From NCBI GenBank assembly GCA_963702005.1, contig OY969696.1:1888001-1952000 (forward strand): a stretch of 64,000 bases of DNA. The letters are read 5' to 3'. Under the pieces are notes generated by a model. The model ran no database searches. It had not been told where the DNA came from and was given only the letters and a program-made list of their open reading frames with translations. Of the stretch, positions 60,590-64,000 are shown piece by piece. Every line of letters begins with the position of its first letter. The first letter of the stretch is position 1. The position numbers and the translations under genes are program-made. Source of the DNA: Candidatus Aminicenantes bacterium (GTDB lineage Bacteria > Acidobacteriota > Aminicenantia > Aminicenantales > JAFGBC01).

Positions 60590-61546
60590 ATGGGGTATCT
60601 GATTGCTTTTGTCCTCGGCGCCGTCGTGCTAGGGGCCTTGTTGACCCAGAAGGCCCGGACGGATTCGCGGGATCCCAGGGCCGTCTTTCAAAGGGGAGGG
60701 AAGACCATTGTCATCGCAGTCGCCGTCTTGATCTTGATCCTCTTTGTCCTCCAGGCCTTCATCGTTATTCAGGCGGGGACCGTGGGCGTCGTCAAGCGGT
60801 TGGGGGCCGTCCGCTCCGAATTCAAACCGGGCCTGCACACGATCGTTCCCTTCATCGATACGGTCGTGCGTTATCCCACGATCAAGAAGACCTACGAGGC
60901 GACCGATGATCCGGGATCAACTCGCGCCGATTATCCGGATATCATCATCTCGGCTCTGACTTCGGACGGCCAGCAGATCCGGGTCGGTATCACGGCCCGG
61001 TTCATGATTCAACCCGGCAAGGCCGCCTGGATCCTCCAGAACCTGGGCACCGAACAGGAGTATGTCGAGAAGGTCGTCAAGACCGAGATCCGCGGCTCGG
61101 GCCGCCGGGTGCCGACCAAATTCGCCGCCTATGACCTCTACACCAAGAAGAGCTACGAGGCCCAGCAAGCCCTCTACGACGAGATCGCACCCAAATTCGA
61201 TAAAAACGGGCTCATCCTCGACGAGCTGGTCCTGCGCAACATCACCTTCACGTCCGAGTACGCCAAGACGCTCGAGGAGAAGCAGATCGCCCTGGAGAAC
61301 ATCACGACCGAAAAGAACAAGCTGGAGCAGGAAAAGATCCGCAAAGAACAGAACATCGTGGCGGCCGAGGGCGACGCCCGGAGCATCGAGATCCGGCAGG
61401 CGGCCCTGACCAAGAACCCGACCATCATCCAGTGGGAGTTCGTCCAGAAGCTGGCGCCCAATATCCAATGGGGAATCCTGCCCCAGAACGTGGTCCCGCT
61501 TCTTAACATGCAGAGCCTGGTGGGCGAAAACAAAGAGAAGAAGTGA
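60590..61546 (+). CDS. SPFH/prohibitin (band 7) protein
   Basis: TM helices, GTVGVVKRLG, PGLH..VPFI, LTSDGQ, LRNITFT, EEKQIA coiled coil. Confidence 0.88.
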   Translation: MGYLIAFVLGAVVLGALLTQKARTDSRDPRAVFQRGGKTIVIAVAVLILILFVLQAFIVIQAGTVGVVKRLGAVRSEFKPGLHTIVPFIDTVVRYPTIKKTYEATDDPGSTRADYPDIIISALTSDGQQIRVGITARFMIQPGKAAWILQNLGTEQEYVEKVVKTEIRGSGRRVPTKFAAYDLYTKKSYEAQQALYDEIAPKFDKNGLILDELVLRNITFTSEYAKTLEEKQIALENITTEKNKLEQEKIRKEQNIVAAEGDARSIEIRQAALTKNPTIIQWEFVQKLAPNIQWGILPQNVVPLLNMQSLVGENKEKK

Positions 61547-61634
61547 TCCGGCGGCTCGGCCGCTTCATAGGAGGATCGTCTAAGCCTCGCTCCTATGTGA
61601 GGAGGATGTCTTTTAATTTCTGTCCTTCAGGCTG

Positions 61635-61847
61635 TTAAGGAAGCTCCAGCATGGGTCCCGGATAGCTATCCCAGTTTACATAGAACTTACGTTCACATTT
61701 TGAACATTTAACCTCAAGAAAATATTTCCCCGGCTTATCCTCGCAATACCAACCAACATAATCCCCGTTTTTTGGCCACTTTGTAACGGAATTATTTGTG
61801 CCGCATTTTAAGCATGGGATTTTATCCGCACATCCAGACCAATGCAT
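61635..61847 (-). CDS. Small Cys-rich (zinc-ribbon-like) protein
   Basis: CLKC...CSKC; 70 aa; AT-rich. Confidence 0.55.
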   Translation of the reverse strand: MHWSGCADKIPCLKCGTNNSVTKWPKNGDYVGWYCEDKPGKYFLEVKCSKCERKFYVNWDSYPGPMLELP

Positions 61848-61859
61848 AGTTCGCCCCTT

Positions 61860-62501
61860 TCAGACCTCGGAACGGCGTGTAATACCGCCATAGTGCACAA
61901 GCATTAAATAGGAATCGCTTCCTGTTTTTGCAATTATATGATCTCCGTAGATCGTCAAACAAATCATGCTTGGAGCTAATACCTGGCTGTCTCCGATTGT
62001 CAAAGGATAATACCTGCCGTACAATTCTCCCAGATAGAATATTTTCGCTGTCTGCTTAAGCTTCAACCAATCTACATCGGCCTGCGTCTTTATTTCAACC
62101 GTACTTACGCCCTTTACGGAATGATCCTTGGCAAAACACTTACCTAAGATATCGAGGACCTCCTGAGAGGAGGCTTTCACGATTGGCATATGCCAATCCG
62201 AGGCTGCATTTTGCAGCGGAGTGTTAACAATATTTTCATTTACAGGCGGACGAGACTTCATCCAGGATGCCAAAAGAGGGAGGGCGTCTTCAAGATCTAC
62301 GACGACTTCAGATGATAAAACGTAATGACATAATGCATTATCATTTGGAAGCTTCTGAAAGGCAGATAAGCGGGTGTTATCGTCCGCGTCGCGTTTTGAG
62401 ATCTCGGCAAGAAGGGCTTGGGTATGCCTATAATAAGATCTCTGGCGGACTTTCCAATTAGAATGTTCCCACTTCGGTTTGAATAGATCTTTAAACGCCA
62501 T
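61860..62501 (-). CDS. Hypothetical protein with HEAT-like N-terminus
   Basis: RBS ggag; FKPKWEHSNWKVR...D.DDNTRLSAFQKL; AT-rich. Confidence 0.55.
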   Translation of the reverse strand: MAFKDLFKPKWEHSNWKVRQRSYYRHTQALLAEISKRDADDNTRLSAFQKLPNDNALCHYVLSSEVVVDLEDALPLLASWMKSRPPVNENIVNTPLQNAASDWHMPIVKASSQEVLDILGKCFAKDHSVKGVSTVEIKTQADVDWLKLKQTAKIFYLGELYGRYYPLTIGDSQVLAPSMICLTIYGDHIIAKTGSDSYLMLVHYGGITRRSEV

Positions 62502-62658
62502 TTCTCTCCTCTCCTAAATGTGAAAAATCGTCCTCTAAGGACGCCTTTTCATTCTCACTGAATAGTAATGATAAATGGGGAAAAAACTCAAGTGGAATGG
62601 GTCCCTGAGTATCCCAGCCGAATATGCCACCCGGATTTTCCTCGATGTGGCCTCTTTA

Positions 62659-63351
62659 TCATAAGGCCGATGAAACCAGGCTTTTGACTTTCTCCATGAG
62701 CTCGGCCAGAGCGTCTTGAGCGTAGCCCGTCACGGGGACGGGCTCATGAAAAACGATTTGGACGGCTCCTTTCCGGATGCGCCGTATCCCGCGCGGCATC
62801 AGCTCGAACGTCCCTCGGATCGTCACGGGAACGATGGGCGCCCCGGAGGCCAGGGCCAGGAAGAAGCCGCCGCGCCGGAACGGCTGCATCCGTCCGTCCC
62901 GGCTCCGGGCCCCCTCGGGGAAGAGGAGGAAGGAGTATCGCTTTTCCCTGATCAGCTGCGCCGCCCGGGCGATGCTCAGCTTGCCCGCTCCGCGGCCTTC
63001 TTTGTCCAGGGGCACGTATCCGCAAAACCGCATGCCCAAACCCAGGACGGGGATCCGGAAGACGAAGCGCTTCACGATCACCCGCGCCGGCCTGTCCAGG
63101 ACGGTCATCAACAGCGGACCGTCCAGGAAGCTCAGGTGGTTGGACATGAAAATGCAGGGAGCCGCGGGGTCGAGGCGGTCGAGTCCCCTGACCTCAACCT
63201 TGATGCCGAGGATGCGCCGTCCGACCCGCATCATCCAGCGGCCGTAAGCGATGAACGTGTCCCGCAGTCCGAAGAGCACGCAAACGAGAAGCACGGGAAC
63301 GGCGACAATCAACAGGACGACATAGATGAAGACGAAGAGGATATTCCGCAT
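62659..63351 (-). CDS. plsC: 1-acyl-sn-glycerol-3-phosphate acyltransferase
   Basis: NHLSFLD, FPEGARS, PFRRGGF, PIVPVTIRG. Confidence 0.9.
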   Translation of the reverse strand: MRNILFVFIYVVLLIVAVPVLLVCVLFGLRDTFIAYGRWMMRVGRRILGIKVEVRGLDRLDPAAPCIFMSNHLSFLDGPLLMTVLDRPARVIVKRFVFRIPVLGLGMRFCGYVPLDKEGRGAGKLSIARAAQLIREKRYSFLLFPEGARSRDGRMQPFRRGGFFLALASGAPIVPVTIRGTFELMPRGIRRIRKGAVQIVFHEPVPVTGYAQDALAELMEKVKSLVSSAL

Positions 63352-63394
63352 GGACCGGCCCGATTATAGCACAACGTTATTCGCTCCGCCCGCT

Positions 63395-64000
63395 TCAGAG
63401 CACGAACGTATAGGAATACTTGATCATAATGGCCCGGCTCCCGTAGGGAGGCCGGTGGGGAAGCTGCCGGGTCCGATAGGTGTTGAGGCTGTCGTTGACG
63501 ACAAGGTAGAGGTCGTTCCCTTCCCGGGGGTTGTAACGCAGCCTCAGGTTCGCGGTCAATTCGTCCACGGCGCCGTCGTACTGGACGAAGGCCGCGGCCG
63601 AGAATTTCGTGCTTAGCGTCGCCAGCAGTCGGACCTGGCCGATCTGGGCCGTCAGGGATTGACGGCGGCCGGGAAAATCGACACGGTTGAACTGATAATA
63701 GGCGCTCAGGGTGAGGTCCGAGGAGATGCCCCAGACGGGCTTGATCCCGAGGGTTCCCCGCCGGCCGTCATAGAACGAGCCGGCGTCAATCGATACGGTG
63801 GCGCTCAGGAGCTTGCCGAACGGCGTCTGGACATAGCCGGTCACCCCCCAGAAGGAGTAGTCGCCGGGCGGTACGAAGACCTTGTCGAAAAAGGACAGCT
63901 CCTCCCGAACGCTTTCGCGATGGGCCTTGAGGGCGAGCTCTCCGTTCCAGCCGGACTTGGCTAAGAAACCCCAGCCGGGGCCGAGCTCGGCCGATTCGAG
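63395..64000 (-). CDS. C-terminal part of a DUF5916-type protein (runs off the window)
   Basis: GSFYDG, FVQYD, NLRLRYNPREGNDLYLV, KYSYTF; parallels the C-terminus of 32438..34600. Confidence 0.75.
   Translation of the reverse strand, partial: LESAELGPGWGFLAKSGWNGELALKAHRESVREELSFFDKVFVPPGDYSFWGVTGYVQTPFGKLLSATVSIDAGSFYDGRRGTLGIKPVWGISSDLTLSAYYQFNRVDFPGRRQSLTAQIGQVRLLATLSTKFSAAAFVQYDGAVDELTANLRLRYNPREGNDLYLVVNDSLNTYRTRQLPHRPPYGSRAIMIKYSYTFVL

Overview
GC-rich bacterial window (gene content such as 6-bladed propellers, DUF5916, SBBP and C69 peptidases suggests an Aminicenantes/Acidobacteria-like genome; inference only). It has about 45 CDS; I saw no rRNA, tRNA, CRISPR array or transposase. All family calls come from recognising motifs by eye, not from database searches. 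Main blocks: (i) a ~1670-aa secreted glycoside-hydrolase/esterase fusion carrying an in-frame 108-bp palindromic-element insertion; (ii) a cluster of sulfatase-like protein / YIDPGTGS mini-protein / kinase-like+methyltransferase (NoeA-like) / sulfatase-like protein; (iii) a TolC-MFP-RND operon and a convergent CusRS-like operon that share an operator box; (iv) a carbamoyltransferase-SxtJ-DUF5989 operon with a divergent SGNH protein and methyltransferase; (v) a mini-ORF + Tat protein + tldD/tldE operon; (vi) a DctM-like / deacylase / 2x C69 / DUF6305 operon; and several deletion-type pseudogenes. Best candidate for an undescribed system: the DUF5989 peptide ends in FIYTLF, matching the FIYxxF acyl-shuttle motif of DltX. 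This suggests an MBOAT-independent carbamoyl shuttle across the membrane, with block (ii) as a possible parallel (methyl)phosphate shuttle.
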